A stretch of 63,013 nucleotides of DNA, counting the filler, from Perkinsus chesapeaki ATCC PRA-425 (Eukaryota > Protista > Perkinsozoa), in the NCBI GenBank assembly GCA_013115145.1. It is 8 parts of 8 records of this genome, joined end to end, with 100 filler letters (N's around TTAATTAATTAA, not from the genome) between each part and the next. Parts side by side here need not be neighbours in the genome. Positions count along the whole stretch, not along the records: positions 41,601 to 51,840 come from JAAPAO010000898.1; positions 51,941 to 53,502 come from JAAPAO010001896.1; positions 53,603 to 58,478 come from JAAPAO010001217.1; 5 more parts are not named here. One strand, given 5' to 3'. The translations under genes were made by a program, and so were the position numbers. Positions 48,001 to 58,578 of this stretch are shown piece by piece (the stretch's first letter is position 1; each line of letters starts with the position of its first letter). The notes beneath the pieces were generated by a model. That model was not told the origin of the DNA and searched no databases. It was given only the letters and a program-made list of their open reading frames with translations.

Positions 48001-51000
48001 CTGTGTGACAAGCTTGGCCCGTCGGGCCCCTTGCCTGATGTCTCGGTTTTGGACGACGAGCAGATCCGTAAGAGGTGGAGGCTGACACTGGACTGCCGCA
48101 CCCTCAACTCCTATGTTCTCGTGGATGTCGAGAAGACCGATGGGACTACCAAGCGACTGTGGGCGCCAAACTCGGGAGGGCACCCCATCGTGTGCGAGGT
48201 CAAAGGACACCAATTCCAGCGGACTGCCCTACAAATACTGGCGGCATGGCCATCCTCTCGTCGGAAGCACTTCGCTCGTATCGATATCCGAGACGCCTTC
48301 TCGGCGGTCCTGCGACCACCGGGTACCAAGGGCATCTTCGTCACTCGGTCTATCGGCCCTGACGGTGTGGTCTACTATTGGAGTGCGGTTGGCTTGGTCC
48401 AAGGCTGGTATCTGTCGCCTCTTCTCTTCTCGAGGGCCATTGACCGAGTACTTGACGATGTGGACGAGGCTCTCGCCGAAGCCGGATTGGCGGTCAGGAC
48501 TGCCCACTTCCAGGACGATCTTCTACTAGGTGCCGAGGATGCAGAGTCCCTGGCTCAGGCCGTATCTATTGTCAGGAAGGTTCTCGCCCGTTACTGCCTG
48601 GAAGTTGCCGAGGAGAAGTTAGAGCTTGGTACCGAAGCGGTCTTCTGTGGCCTCGTGGTTCGTGGAAACCTTGTTATACCCTCGGCTAAGAACAAGCTCT
48701 CGGACGCTGCCGTCGAATTGGCCATCTCCAAGTTACACGCTGTCCAGGCGGAGAAGGAGCTCGCATCGTTCGTCAGGCGCTGGGCGGGAGTATTCAACTG
48801 GGTACGGCGATGGCTGCCGGCGGACGCGCAGCTAGCCCTCGCCGGGCTTCATTCCACTAAAGACCTTCCGTCCCTCGAGAAGCACTTACGATGCCTGGCG
48901 TCCTTCTACTTCGGTGGTTTAGCCCCTCTGTATATCATGGGCACTGACGCCGACTTCTCCGTTAAAGGAACGGTAGTTCTCTGTGATGCTAATAAGACCG
49001 GTTGGGGCGCCATGCTGGCACAGGTTGTGTGTCGGCCCTCCCGTGATGACGAGGACGAATCCTACGATCCCGAGCACGCGCTGTGTGCGGCATCCTTCAG
49101 GAAGGCCTTCGATGTGACGGTGAAGCCTGGCTACACCCTACAGCTCCTACCATTCGCCCTTGAGGGTGGCGGCTTCACCGCCCGTCAACAACAGAAGTCT
49201 AGCACTTACCGGGAAAGGTGTGCCCTGTTGAGCGCCGTCTTCAAGTTCACGCCCTTGTTCCTGAACCCGGTTGCGGTCTTCACCGACAACTTCAACTCCA
49301 AGCTGCAATGGGGACACTTGGAGCAAGACCATGTAACCAATGAGCACGAGCTGAGGAAAGTTCTCACCTTTCATGAGAATGTCAACGCGGTGCTCTGGCT
49401 GCCGAGGACGCAGACTGCGATGGTAGATGCCATGGCCCGAGCTGCTGGAAACGATGATGCTGCGCTCTACGACTCCACTGCTGGCCCTTTCACTATTAGG
49501 GGGAGTATGGGGGATGATGAGCACCGAGCACTCCAGCGGTTTGTAGAAGAAGAGTTGTCAGACGGAGACTTGGAGCAGGTTGCTGTTATCGCTGGCGCTG
49601 ACATTGAGGACAACACGGCTACTGTCGATCGAGACGCCGCACTAGAAGCTCTTAGAGAAGCGCCTGGTGTCGACGAGATATGCGACCACCAGAAGCACTG
49701 CGTGGAATGTACATCACTCTCTAAGAAGCCTGGGTTCGAGCTGGTTGGGGATGTCCTGGTGCGTCGGGTCCGCTATGATGCTAAGGGTAGGCTGATGACG
49801 CAGTTAGTCATCCCAAAAAGCTTGAGGCAGTCCCTAGTGCACTACTTCCACGACAAGACTCATGCCAGTGGTCGCCAGTTACGCTACCTCCTCCAGCAAT
49901 GGAGCTTTTGGCCCCGTATGGGGACAGATACCTTGAGAGCGAGGAAGGGGTGTGATATATGCCAGCGCTGCTCAGACGACAAAGTCAAGGTTCCGTATGG
50001 GACTCGCCGGCTGCGAGACTCTTCGGCGTCATGGGTACGGGTCGGTGTCGATTGCCTCCACCTAAACCACAGCGGCTCGGGTGGCGGAGTTCTCCTGACG
50101 GCTACCTGCTACTTGACAGGGTATTTTGACTTTGAGATGGTCGACGGTGAGCCTACGTCTGAGACTGTCTTGGAGGCTTTTGAAGTTATCTGCTTCCGCA
50201 ATGGCTGTCCCAGGCTAGGAGTCATCTCCGACGGGGCCAAGTACTTCACTTCTGCTGCTGCGACCGAGTGGGCCAAGCATCGTATGATCTCCTGGGAGTA
50301 CAGTCTGCCAAATTCTCCAGGTTGTGGTGGCTGGTGGGAGCGTCGCCATCGCGAGTGCAACCTAGCCTTGCGGAAGTGGGCATTGGCACACCCCGGTCAA
50401 GCATGGCAGAGTCGCATCTGCCTAGAGACCGTCAGATGGCTGGTCAATCACATGGAGATTGGCGACACAGGTTATTGTCCTTATCTGCTACACCATGGGC
50501 GGCTGGCCCTTCAAACTGGGGTAGGCGGCATTGAGCCGGAAGCTATCTCTGGCGATGTGGAATTCTTACATGAGGTAGATGACGTCATAAGCCTGGCGAA
50601 GAGTGTAACTGGTGAGCGACGACGAGCACTAGCCCGGTTTGTCGCCATATGGTTGGATATGAGAGAGAAGCACTGGCCTACTCATTCTCCCGAGGCGTTT
50701 GGTAAAGTGAAGAAAGGCGATTTGGTCTTGGTATTCACCCACCGGCCCCGTAAGCTTGATGTCTCGTGGCGGGGACCCTTTCCTGTGATATATCGTGGAC
50801 GGCGTTTCCTAGGCCTACAGACCCCCAGCGGTGTGGAAGAGCATCACCTAGCCAACTGCAAGCCGTATGTTGACGCGCAGGAGGAACTACAGGGCGGCGA
50901 CTTGAATGACGGCGAGGGTGAAGGCTTCTCGCGCCCCCAGGTTGATACTCCATCTGGTGGGGATCCTCCTGCTTCTGTGGATTCGCGTCCCCAGGCTGAT

Positions 51001-51840
51001 ATGCCATCCGGCGGGGATCCTCCGGCTTCTGTGGTACCTCATGGAGCAACTGCCGAAGAATCGGCCGGAAGGCCTCGGAAGCGAAAGGCGGCTCTCATCG
51101 CGCAGAGGCGGCTTGAGATGATGATGCGTGACGAAGTCGATAGCTGCCCCCTTCGCCCTCATCGTGTCGGCCCCAAACGATCCCGGCTGGGTGAAGGAGA
51201 ACGGCTGCGAGCGATATCCCTGGTTGGAGCCCGATGATGACTTGAATGATACTTTTGTCTATCTTTCGCTATAGGAGGGTATTGTTATGATTTATACGAA
51301 GTCGCAGTGTGAATACTCTAATCACTTGCGCACCCGTTTTGTCTTGGCGCGCGCTGACGGCATTTTTGTATCTAGCCGTTTCGGTTGTTTCGCCCCGTGC
51401 ATGTAATGAAGCTGAGGAGATATAAGACTCTCTTATAACCACTATTATTGTTTGCACAAATGACTATTCCGTCTAGTGTTACCTCCAGTGCGGCTGGGAG
51501 CGGAACCGGGCATCCGTCACACTTGCCCACAACGACGACTACAACAACCAGTCCTACTACAACTACAACGGCCGGGCCTACTACAACTACAACGGCCGGG
51601 CCTACCACAACTACAACGGCCGGTCCTACTACGACTACAACCGCCGGTCCTACTACAACTACAACAGCCGGTCCTACTACAACTACAACGGCCGGTCCTA
51701 CTACAACTACAACGGCCGGGCCTACCACAACTACAACGGCCGGTCCTACTACAACTACAACGGCCGGGCCTACCACAACTACAACGGCCGGTCCTACTAC
51801 AACTACAACGGCCGGGCCTACCACAACTACAACGGCCGGT
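45018..51840 (+). CDS. Secreted mucin-like protein with repeated Cys-rich domains, interrupted by a retrotransposon
   Basis: Signal MRLSFTVVLSAQVFVEG; two copies of YC...C...C...GSYCK...GVCQG/LY...NSVC...ACxEDxPVxC, each followed by poly-Thr. The LTR element occupies 45832-51521. Confidence 0.75.
45832..46070 (+). repeat. 5' LTR (239 bp)
   Basis: TGTTATG...CCGTCACA; identical by eye to 51283-51521. Confidence 0.97.
46009..51237 (+). CDS. Gag-Pol polyprotein, single ORF
   Basis: CCHC knuckle CWECKDPSHLRRDC, protease LLDSGAS, RT FQDD, RNase H CDANKTGWG, integrase HHCC and D-D-E (VGVDC, SDGAKYF, WWERR). First ATG at 46009, second at 46072. Confidence 0.95.
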   Translation: MTIPSSVTSSAAGSGTGHPSHMVPDAGSLACLLGVDPGDLPYCSDQDLELVLSRFAVDEKTVGERVAYRKLLAQIRGKALGSVPLGEVAHTTSGSEAPSTDAARLSGIRGPSEDGGGQAGRPRAYSRLSNLLSEFSTGNGSSSLEVSKAMQGISHIPIPDNAEYQGGSDARPVTSWIRDMTLTSRVYDLSPPDIWRLLLRALSPDCRLKLMGHLEREGLLSANPARRLQEAEQFMLGAYHVTDDPIRFRNKLAAVTHKPGESVTAYTSRFQTVMEEGRSLGLSSTNEESLDLYRKNLTPRYLGLATSLYCGCDDIGSLSASLARWELVNVPGVVGVKALTLPAPDEQLAALGQGGESLRPRRVCWECKDPSHLRRDCPVYKKRLADELAVKGDGGGAARSAPQGASTAAPQGPTFKVVKFASPDPRVAVLTDVDALGSLNGAMDDAMVPLVLRTPDSECGAEIKVLLDSGASGCGFIDEQCFNEMVSAGVIPPSVNIAVSPPGGVRFGDGRFAEAKGVVHLDILSPSGESVTRSAPFKILPVLCPTVIIGAKLLGSSDELMRLLSARLRESSLQASAPIPFSDGACARVMTVDTAQVLVDVYSGRLRARCYPFEDAAVIPHAEAERKRSRSKQLLIHRRLEIAAREGKFERIRPEEALVVSEPVLCDKLGPSGPLPDVSVLDDEQIRKRWRLTLDCRTLNSYVLVDVEKTDGTTKRLWAPNSGGHPIVCEVKGHQFQRTALQILAAWPSSRRKHFARIDIRDAFSAVLRPPGTKGIFVTRSIGPDGVVYYWSAVGLVQGWYLSPLLFSRAIDRVLDDVDEALAEAGLAVRTAHFQDDLLLGAEDAESLAQAVSIVRKVLARYCLEVAEEKLELGTEAVFCGLVVRGNLVIPSAKNKLSDAAVELAISKLHAVQAEKELASFVRRWAGVFNWVRRWLPADAQLALAGLHSTKDLPSLEKHLRCLASFYFGGLAPLYIMGTDADFSVKGTVVLCDANKTGWGAMLAQVVCRPSRDDEDESYDPEHALCAASFRKAFDVTVKPGYTLQLLPFALEGGGFTARQQQKSSTYRERCALLSAVFKFTPLFLNPVAVFTDNFNSKLQWGHLEQDHVTNEHELRKVLTFHENVNAVLWLPRTQTAMVDAMARAAGNDDAALYDSTAGPFTIRGSMGDDEHRALQRFVEEELSDGDLEQVAVIAGADIEDNTATVDRDAALEALREAPGVDEICDHQKHCVECTSLSKKPGFELVGDVLVRRVRYDAKGRLMTQLVIPKSLRQSLVHYFHDKTHASGRQLRYLLQQWSFWPRMGTDTLRARKGCDICQRCSDDKVKVPYGTRRLRDSSASWVRVGVDCLHLNHSGSGGGVLLTATCYLTGYFDFEMVDGEPTSETVLEAFEVICFRNGCPRLGVISDGAKYFTSAAATEWAKHRMISWEYSLPNSPGCGGWWERRHRECNLALRKWALAHPGQAWQSRICLETVRWLVNHMEIGDTGYCPYLLHHGRLALQTGVGGIEPEAISGDVEFLHEVDDVISLAKSVTGERRRALARFVAIWLDMREKHWPTHSPEAFGKVKKGDLVLVFTHRPRKLDVSWRGPFPVIYRGRRFLGLQTPSGVEEHHLANCKPYVDAQEELQGGDLNDGEGEGFSRPQVDTPSGGDPPASVDSRPQADMPSGGDPPASVVPHGATAEESAGRPRKRKAALIAQRRLEMMMRDEVDSCPLRPHRVGPKRSRLGEGERLRAISLVGAR
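46073..46090 (+). promoter_or_regulatory. Primer-binding site
   Basis: TGGTACCCGATGCAGGAT, 2 nt after the 5' LTR. Its reverse complement reads as a tRNA 3' end (CCTGC-ATCGGGT-A-CCA). Confidence 0.85.
51273..51279 (+). promoter_or_regulatory. Polypurine tract
   Basis: AGGAGGG, 3 nt before the 3' LTR. Confidence 0.7.
51283..51521 (+). repeat. 3' LTR (239 bp)
   Basis: Identical by eye to the 5' LTR. Confidence 0.97.
51545..51840 (+). repeat. 24-bp coding tandem repeat (GPTTTTTA)n, truncated by gap
   Basis: About 12 units of ccggkcctacyacaactacaacgg. Confidence 0.92.
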
Positions 51841-51940
51841 NNNNNNNNNNNNNNNNNNNNNNNNNNNNNNNNNNNNNNNNNNNNTTAATTAATTAANNNN
51901 NNNNNNNNNNNNNNNNNNNNNNNNNNNNNNNNNNNNNNNN
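51841..51940. other. Artificial contig spacer
   Basis: N-run, TTAATTAATTAA, N-run; 100 bp. Confidence 0.98.
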
Positions 51941-53080
51941 GTCTAGGCAACTGTTGACTTTCGGGCACAATACACCAGCTGCTGCTTTCATGCAGAGTGC
52001 TAATGTGTGAGCCCTACAGTGGCAATATAACGTAGACTTAGGGAAGAAGCTTCGCACGCCTGACTTATGGCCCGCAAAATTGGCCCCCCCGTCGAAAGAT
52101 AGTGCATGAATTCGGTCGAGGGATATATTCGCGGTGTTGAGGGCATCTTCAATTTCTTCGAACAGTGATTCTCCGTCAGTTTTCTTAACCCGGCGGAGAT
52201 CAATCAGATGCTCTTTAGGTTCACCTCTAGATGTATCAACGGACCGAACCATCACCGTGAGAAAGGAGCCCGTCACTCCTCGAACGGTAGCTTCGTCTGC
52301 TATCAAACAGAGGCCGCCCACATTGTCAAGTTCCTTCGCGGTCCGCTCTCTGATGACTTTCGCTGTTGTAGAAAGGAGCTCGACTACCGTGAATTTACTT
52401 GTATACGTAGCATTACCCGGCGCCGAAGCGAGATAATCCGTCAGCTTCGCCCCTGGGGTCTCTCCAGCGACATGCTTAACGAGTCGTGGGAACTGAGTCG
52501 TATGGGCGAGTTCCATTTTGAAGCAGCAATAAGCCAGTCGGGCGATTTCTTGTATGTGCAAACGATTCTCCTTCACTTGCTTCGATGCCACTGACCAAAC
52601 CTGCTCAGATACCGGTTTCGCGAGCCCTTCAGAAACACGCTGGGCCTGGGTGTATGCCCGTTCATTTGCAATATGGACTTGCGAGGATGCATGCTTTTTG
52701 CATTTATCACTGAGTTTGTTGCCGGTCGTTTCCACAACAACGTCGCCCCATTTCCCTCTAAGGCCCATTGCCATACATATTCTGCATAAATAGGAGCTTT
52801 TATTCGATTTATTTCTTCCTGGTGATAACTTTTGATTGCCCTCGACCATATGAAGCCATGCAAATTGTTCGAAACTACTCCTGTACTTGACAAAGGGACC
52901 AACCTTTTTCTTTTTTAACAAGGGCTCTTCGGCCCTAGGACTAGGCAATGGGGATGCAACAGGGTTGTGGTCCACAATAGCTTGGCTGAGATCTTCACAT
53001 GTGTTACTAGCAGTCGCGGAGGCGCAGCTTGATGACGAAGCGCGCCTCTTAGGGACGAAGTAGTCCGTGAGTTTCCGCAT
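51941..53080 (-). mobile_element. hAT-superfamily transposase (ZMYM1/DUF4371-like), 3' truncated
   Basis: Zn-finger-like CRIC...KHASSQVH, LIADEAT, LSFDGGANFAG, YCHCRAHTLAL. A possible TIR start CAGGGCC lies at 53157 on the minus strand. Confidence 0.9.
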
Positions 53081-53502
53081 AAATCAAAAGAGTGAGACAC
53101 TACGTATAATAATAGGGAAGCCTCAGGAACCCGAGTCAGCCTGGCAGCCAGGCCCTGGCTGAGTGAGGACAAAGCGATCAACTATGCAATGTTATTCAAC
53201 TATATAACTCGAACTAACTTGGATAAATGTGAAACAATATAAGGCGTCCAATAATTCGGCTTCAGTAAATTCAGAGGGGAGCGCAGATTTCCTAATGAGA
53301 ATCTCGACGTCTTGTAAAACTTATCTTGACGAATATGAAACGCTTTCAATACGCAAGCCATGATATGCACTCGCCCCCCCCAGCCGGCTCGGATCCCCCC
53401 CTCCATGAAAAATCCTGTATGAAACACTGCTTAACGACCACCCGAAACAGGGATCAACGCGAAGTTGTCGCGCAAGCATTTCAGGATCACTTTAATGTTT
53501 CG

Positions 53503-53602
53503 NNNNNNNNNNNNNNNNNNNNNNNNNNNNNNNNNNNNNNNNNNNNTTAATTAATTAANNNNNNNNNNNNNNNNNNNNNNNNNNNNNNNNNNNNNNNNNN
53601 NN
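53503..53602. other. Artificial contig spacer
   Basis: N-run, TTAATTAATTAA, N-run; 100 bp. Confidence 0.98.
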
Positions 53603-55460
53603 AGCTCTACGCAACCAAGCAAGACAAGGGCGTAACCAAGACAGCACTGGATAGTGACTAATAAGCTTACCACTCAAGGATAAAAGTTCGCGAAGAGTGA
53701 AAGACTTATCCAACAACAAATCTATATGTTGGCCACTACGACGCTTCCAGTATAATATATCACCCTGCCCCACAAACAACTGTAAGCCCAAAACGCGAGC
53801 ACGAGCCAAATCCTCTAGAGACTTAGTTGGAAGGTTAATAACCTTAGGTTATGCCGCAGAAGATTCTGCTGTATACGGTCCAACTGAGAAGGATCATCCA
53901 AAGAGAAAGGGATGAACACGTCGTCGAGATATGCACTAGCATCTTCTCCTTCTAAAGCAGCTTTCATTATCGATTGTAAGCTCTTCGGAGCTCCACTGAG
54001 ACCAAACCCCGTAACACATAGACAGTAACAGCGATTGCGCCATCTCACACATAACCATGGCCAAAGCTCTGGAGATATAGCCACATTCATATAAGCACGG
54101 CGAACATCTAACAGACAACCTTTATCATACCGTCTCCACCGTCGCAAATATTCAGCACAGACTGCAGAATCACAACCCGGTTGACTATTGATAAACGAGT
54201 TCAAGCCTCGAAAATCCAATACTGGTCGTACCTTTGTACTCTTATGGCCTTGCAGTACAGCTTGCAAAGGCAAAATACATCGAGGAGTACCATCGAATGG
54301 GATTAACCATTTTTTGTCGATCCACGCCTGGATCTCATCCTCAAATTGACGTTGTTGGGTAGCTGTCATCTTTTTTCGATATAAATAGGGTGGTAGGCAT
54401 AACTTCTTGGATTCTTCTTCAGTAGGCTCACCATGTAACCATTTCCATTTAAGCACCCATTGACCATTCTTGAAGTCTAGTATCACATCAGATGACTCAA
54501 TATGGAGCGGGTGATCGGGCCGCTTAACCGAACCATTAGTTTTAACACCACTAACACCAACATTAGCAGTAACCACATCATTACAAGAATTTTCAAAGGG
54601 AATTGTCTAATTAGGAAATACCAATCGATGCTGCTTGAAGGATATATCAGCATCATGGGCTCCAAAGAAATCGCTACCCAATATAACATCAGATAAAGCC
54701 AACCCAGGAATAACATAAAACTTAACGTTATGAACTTCATAACCATCTTTAAATAAAATAGAACATAAAAGGTAACCTTGAACAGAAATATCATGACCAC
54801 CAACAACTTTAATACTAGAAGCACACTGAGAATCATGTTGTAAGTACATACCGAATCCATTAGACCGTACAAAATCGCTACTTACACCTGTGAATGTACT
54901 CCCAGAATCAACCAATATTGAAGTAAACGTAGAGGTCACCGAACCAGTGATACACAATTTAGCATCAACATGAGGTGTACGAGAGAGCGATGACGTAACA
55001 GCGGCAATTATAGCTCCCGAGGCAAGGCCGACTTCCCCTGCCTCTTGTCTCCGTTTCCCGACTTAGATGACTGCTTGTTTTTTCGCAAAGGACAGAACTT
55101 CTTGATATGGCCTCGTTGTTTGCATTCATGACAAACATAATTAGCATAACGGTTAGTATCAGAAGCCTGTTCGCTCGGACAAGATTGACGGCCTTGTTTT
55201 TTACCATTACGATGACCAACGGCAGCTATTTCTTCTTTCACCAAAGGCAAAGTAGAAGACGATGACGACTGAAAAAAACCAGGAACATCTCGCATATCCT
55301 TATCTACATTAATGAGCTGTTGAGCCTTAGCTAATTCCGTATCAAAGGAAGTGACATCGCTCAGAACACGAAGCTGTCGACTATGCTCCTCCTTGAGGCC
55401 ATTAAGGAACTGACACATCAATAGTGTATGATTCATGTCATGTATACACTGCCAAACCAT
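53603..55460 (-). mobile_element. Degenerate Ty3/Gypsy-like gag-protease-RT fragment
   Basis: Gag CHECKQRGHIKKFC, protease LVDSGS, RT RPVLDFRGLN, LDVRRAY, FGLSGAP and YLDD. In-frame TAG at 54607-54609 and a frameshift near 53830. Confidence 0.88.
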
Positions 55461-56085
55461 TAAAATGACTTTTAGTTAATTCAAGTATAGAGGAAGTAAC
55501 GTAGCACAAACGTGCAGTTATACTGCGTCACACCCATAGGCGCGAGCAGAAAGCCTTACGGAATTATGTACCGAAGTTGCTCTTAGAGCAGTGGCCCTGT
55601 TGCAGTCCTCTAGTAGATTGGTGTACCGATTTATTCACTTCAATCCTAGTTTGAGAGGTGCTCTTGATGTTCAAATATTAACTATGTTATATAATAGGGG
55701 GATGGATCGATGGAACAACCATGAAATTGTTCACTTTATTTGCCCTTATTTCTCTTATTGAAGCTCATTCACTTCATAAATTGTAACGCAACTCGCAAGG
55801 CGTAAGCTATGGATTATCATTGAGAAAACGTAACATTACGAAACCGTTTGGAATCGCCTCACCACAATTTGGGCATCTCATTCTCGCCTCAGATCGGCAA
55901 GTCTCACAGATGCCGTGACCACAGTCCGTCGTAGCATACATAACTTTCTTACCGCATTTACAAGGTTATCAAATAGCGACCATTTACCAATTCCCGCTTA
56001 TAACGAGCAGCTAGATTAGCTGAGCTAATGGACCTTCTCGTGAGCAAAATACAAAAGGTGACGTGAGAAGCTTCTTCGAGAGGAG

Positions 56086-57478
56086 TTAACGGCAGCAGCG
56101 GGTAGAAGCAAATACCTCTGAAAAGTTCGCATCCCTCTCCAGGTGGCTTAGCTGCACCTTCTTAACCTCTATGACATTCTCCTGGTTCTCAATCCCGGAG
56201 AGAAGGCTTTTCGCCTCGCTTACCTGAATACAAAACATACACCCGATCAACTCGAGAGTTGACGCACGCACCCCTCGATCTTCGAGGTTAGAAAAAATCT
56301 CCCAACTTTCATCTACGAGACATTCTGTACCCTTCCCCGCAGTAGTGAGCAACCTCAGAGCCTGCAAACAGCGGAGGAGGGGAACCGAACCGACAAGATC
56401 GAGACACTTAACGTCGACGGAGCCTAGGTCTTGATGCAAGGCGAGTTGCGACTCCCAATGGGCCATCATATAAGGAAGAAACTCGCACACGCCTTTTATC
56501 GATCTCTCGAAGCAAACCAATATTAGATGAGCTATACTGGCGCCAGCTGGAAGATATTCGGCGTATTCTAGCAAAGGAGCACGTGCTTTCAGACTAACTA
56601 CACCTTCGTCTAACAATCGAGTTAACTGTGCCACATTTAACCCTTCATTCGCTTCCGAAGAATAGAGAAACTCAGCGAGGAATTCTCCAGTCCTTGTCAC
56701 TTGCTCGTTGCACCGCTTCTTCAACATAGTGAATATTTCATTTGAGTGGACGGTGCCAAATCGTACAAGACAGAGCTTAGCAATTGCCATGTCAGCGTCT
56801 CTGATCTTGAAGGCATCATCCACACTCAACAAAGCCTCGCGCACATCACTATCTCGGACCAACGTCGATAACGAAGTCAACTTGCCGCCCATCTACAGTA
56901 CGCCCCGAGCAAAGACCTCATCCGTGGCACATCGGTGGACCACAGCATGCTCGCTGGAGCGAAGTACGCGCATGGCAGCATTACTGTTGCTATCAGCTAT
57001 ATGGTTAGGCTTTGGTAACACTATCACAGCTGAACGGTTAACCTGTTTCCCATAGCTCTAGCGTTATGGCTCAAGTTGGCCTCGAGATAGTGGCGTGAGT
57101 TTACGTATCCGTGCGTACGTATGTACGTCAAGTGAGTAGTTGATCTATAGGCTTCACGGTGTTACCATCCACATGCAAGAAGGCTCGAACATCCAAGTCC
57201 TTGGGCGCTGCAGTGCATGGTATGATCGAAGAATTATAGGAGGGAAGCAGGAGAATCGACCCATGAACTTCAAGGCGTGAAGACCTACCAGAGCTAGTCT
57301 GGTCTGGGATCGTACTTCGTCTTCCTCTTGAGCTATCACCGCACTGTATTGTTGGTACTGCTTTGGGAACAGTCCCACTCGCCAGTCTGGCGATACCGGG
57401 TAGTATGCTCTTGCTGCCTGGATGATAAAGCCGTTTAAACCCCTCAATTCCCCAAAGTCCCAAACATACAGCACTCAC
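56086..57478 (-). CDS. Putative multi-exon hypothetical protein
   Basis: 268-aa Leu-rich helical ORF plus upstream ORF blocks flanked by GT/AG. No family recognised; boundaries approximate. Confidence 0.4.
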
Positions 57479-58478
57479 CAGTATACTCGCGTGTAGTGGA
57501 GTGGTGCTCGTGACGAGAGCAAGTTGGTTTCGTGAGAAGCTTGATTAACGACATGGTATCTTTAATAAAGTAGGCTAGTATTCTCTCGATAATTTATGCC
57601 ACGGATGGCGGCGCCATCATGGCACCGATGGGTGCTCCACGCGCGGGTACCTCGTTATCGCCGCTCGCGATTATGCAGCTTCTTTTATAACCATGTTAGC
57701 TTAGCTATCGAATTTTGGACAGATACATACACACTGGGTTCTCGGGGAAATGAGCTTTCGGCTCATCCCCACTCTGTTGTGTTAACAGTCGGCCTAACTC
57801 GTAATCTTTAACATGGAGGGCCTCCTTGAGGTGGCCACCTCCCGCACACTACCTTTGAAGAACATGGCGCTTTCCCTACTGAGTGGCCTGACACTTGTCG
57901 GGTGAGCATTTCCCCATATTATTTCGTTGATGTGATTCTGCATTGGTATTCTCAGAGACAGTGTTATTCTCATCGTGGCATGCACCAGTTTTTTCTCCCT
58001 CATACTGTTGTAGATTGGGGTGGTTTGTGACACTGAGTACCACTTCTTTCACTTCGATATCGGGACAAGAACTAACACATGTATGCGTGGGATTCGTTCC
58101 GGCGGAGGACATTGGCGCCATGGCCTATTATTGCTTAGAAAGGCTAAGGCCAACTGAGAAATTGATACCCTCTCACCGTTTCAAATTGTATAGCTTGTTC
58201 TGCAGCACAGTAGTTTATACTTTTGACCCTTGAGCCGGACGAGTTTTCGTCGACTCGATACTCCGACGGTAGGAGTCCTATCCGAGTGAGTGGAATAGCT
58301 GCTTGCTTGAAAAAATCAAAGCCACCCATCGCACGGACAAAGGAAGAAGTGCTTCCTTTGTATACACCGCGCGTCAAATTCTTATCGACTCGTGTTTTTC
58401 AAGGCTTTAAGAACAACTAAGGTGTACTCATCAACGATCACCTCAAGGATATGTTCCCTAGTCAAAATAAGTATATCC

Positions 58479-58578
58479 NNNNNNNNNNNNNNNNNNNNNN
58501 NNNNNNNNNNNNNNNNNNNNNNTTAATTAATTAANNNNNNNNNNNNNNNNNNNNNNNNNNNNNNNNNNNNNNNNNNNN
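58479..58578. other. Artificial contig spacer
   Basis: N-run, TTAATTAATTAA, N-run; 100 bp. Confidence 0.98.

Larger units (their letters stand above)
45832..51521 (+). mobile_element. Full-length Ty3/Gypsy LTR retrotransposon
   Basis: Two 239-bp TG...CA LTRs, PBS, PPT and one gag-pol ORF in PR-RT-RH-IN order. Confidence 0.97.

Noticed and set aside
46025-51162. Many short overlapping or antisense ORFs within gag-pol
   Set aside because: Shadow ORFs expected from a GC-rich long coding sequence; no independent motifs.
57794-58478. Short minus-strand ORFs as a gene or integrase tail
   Set aside because: No motif recognised and no consistent splice path found.
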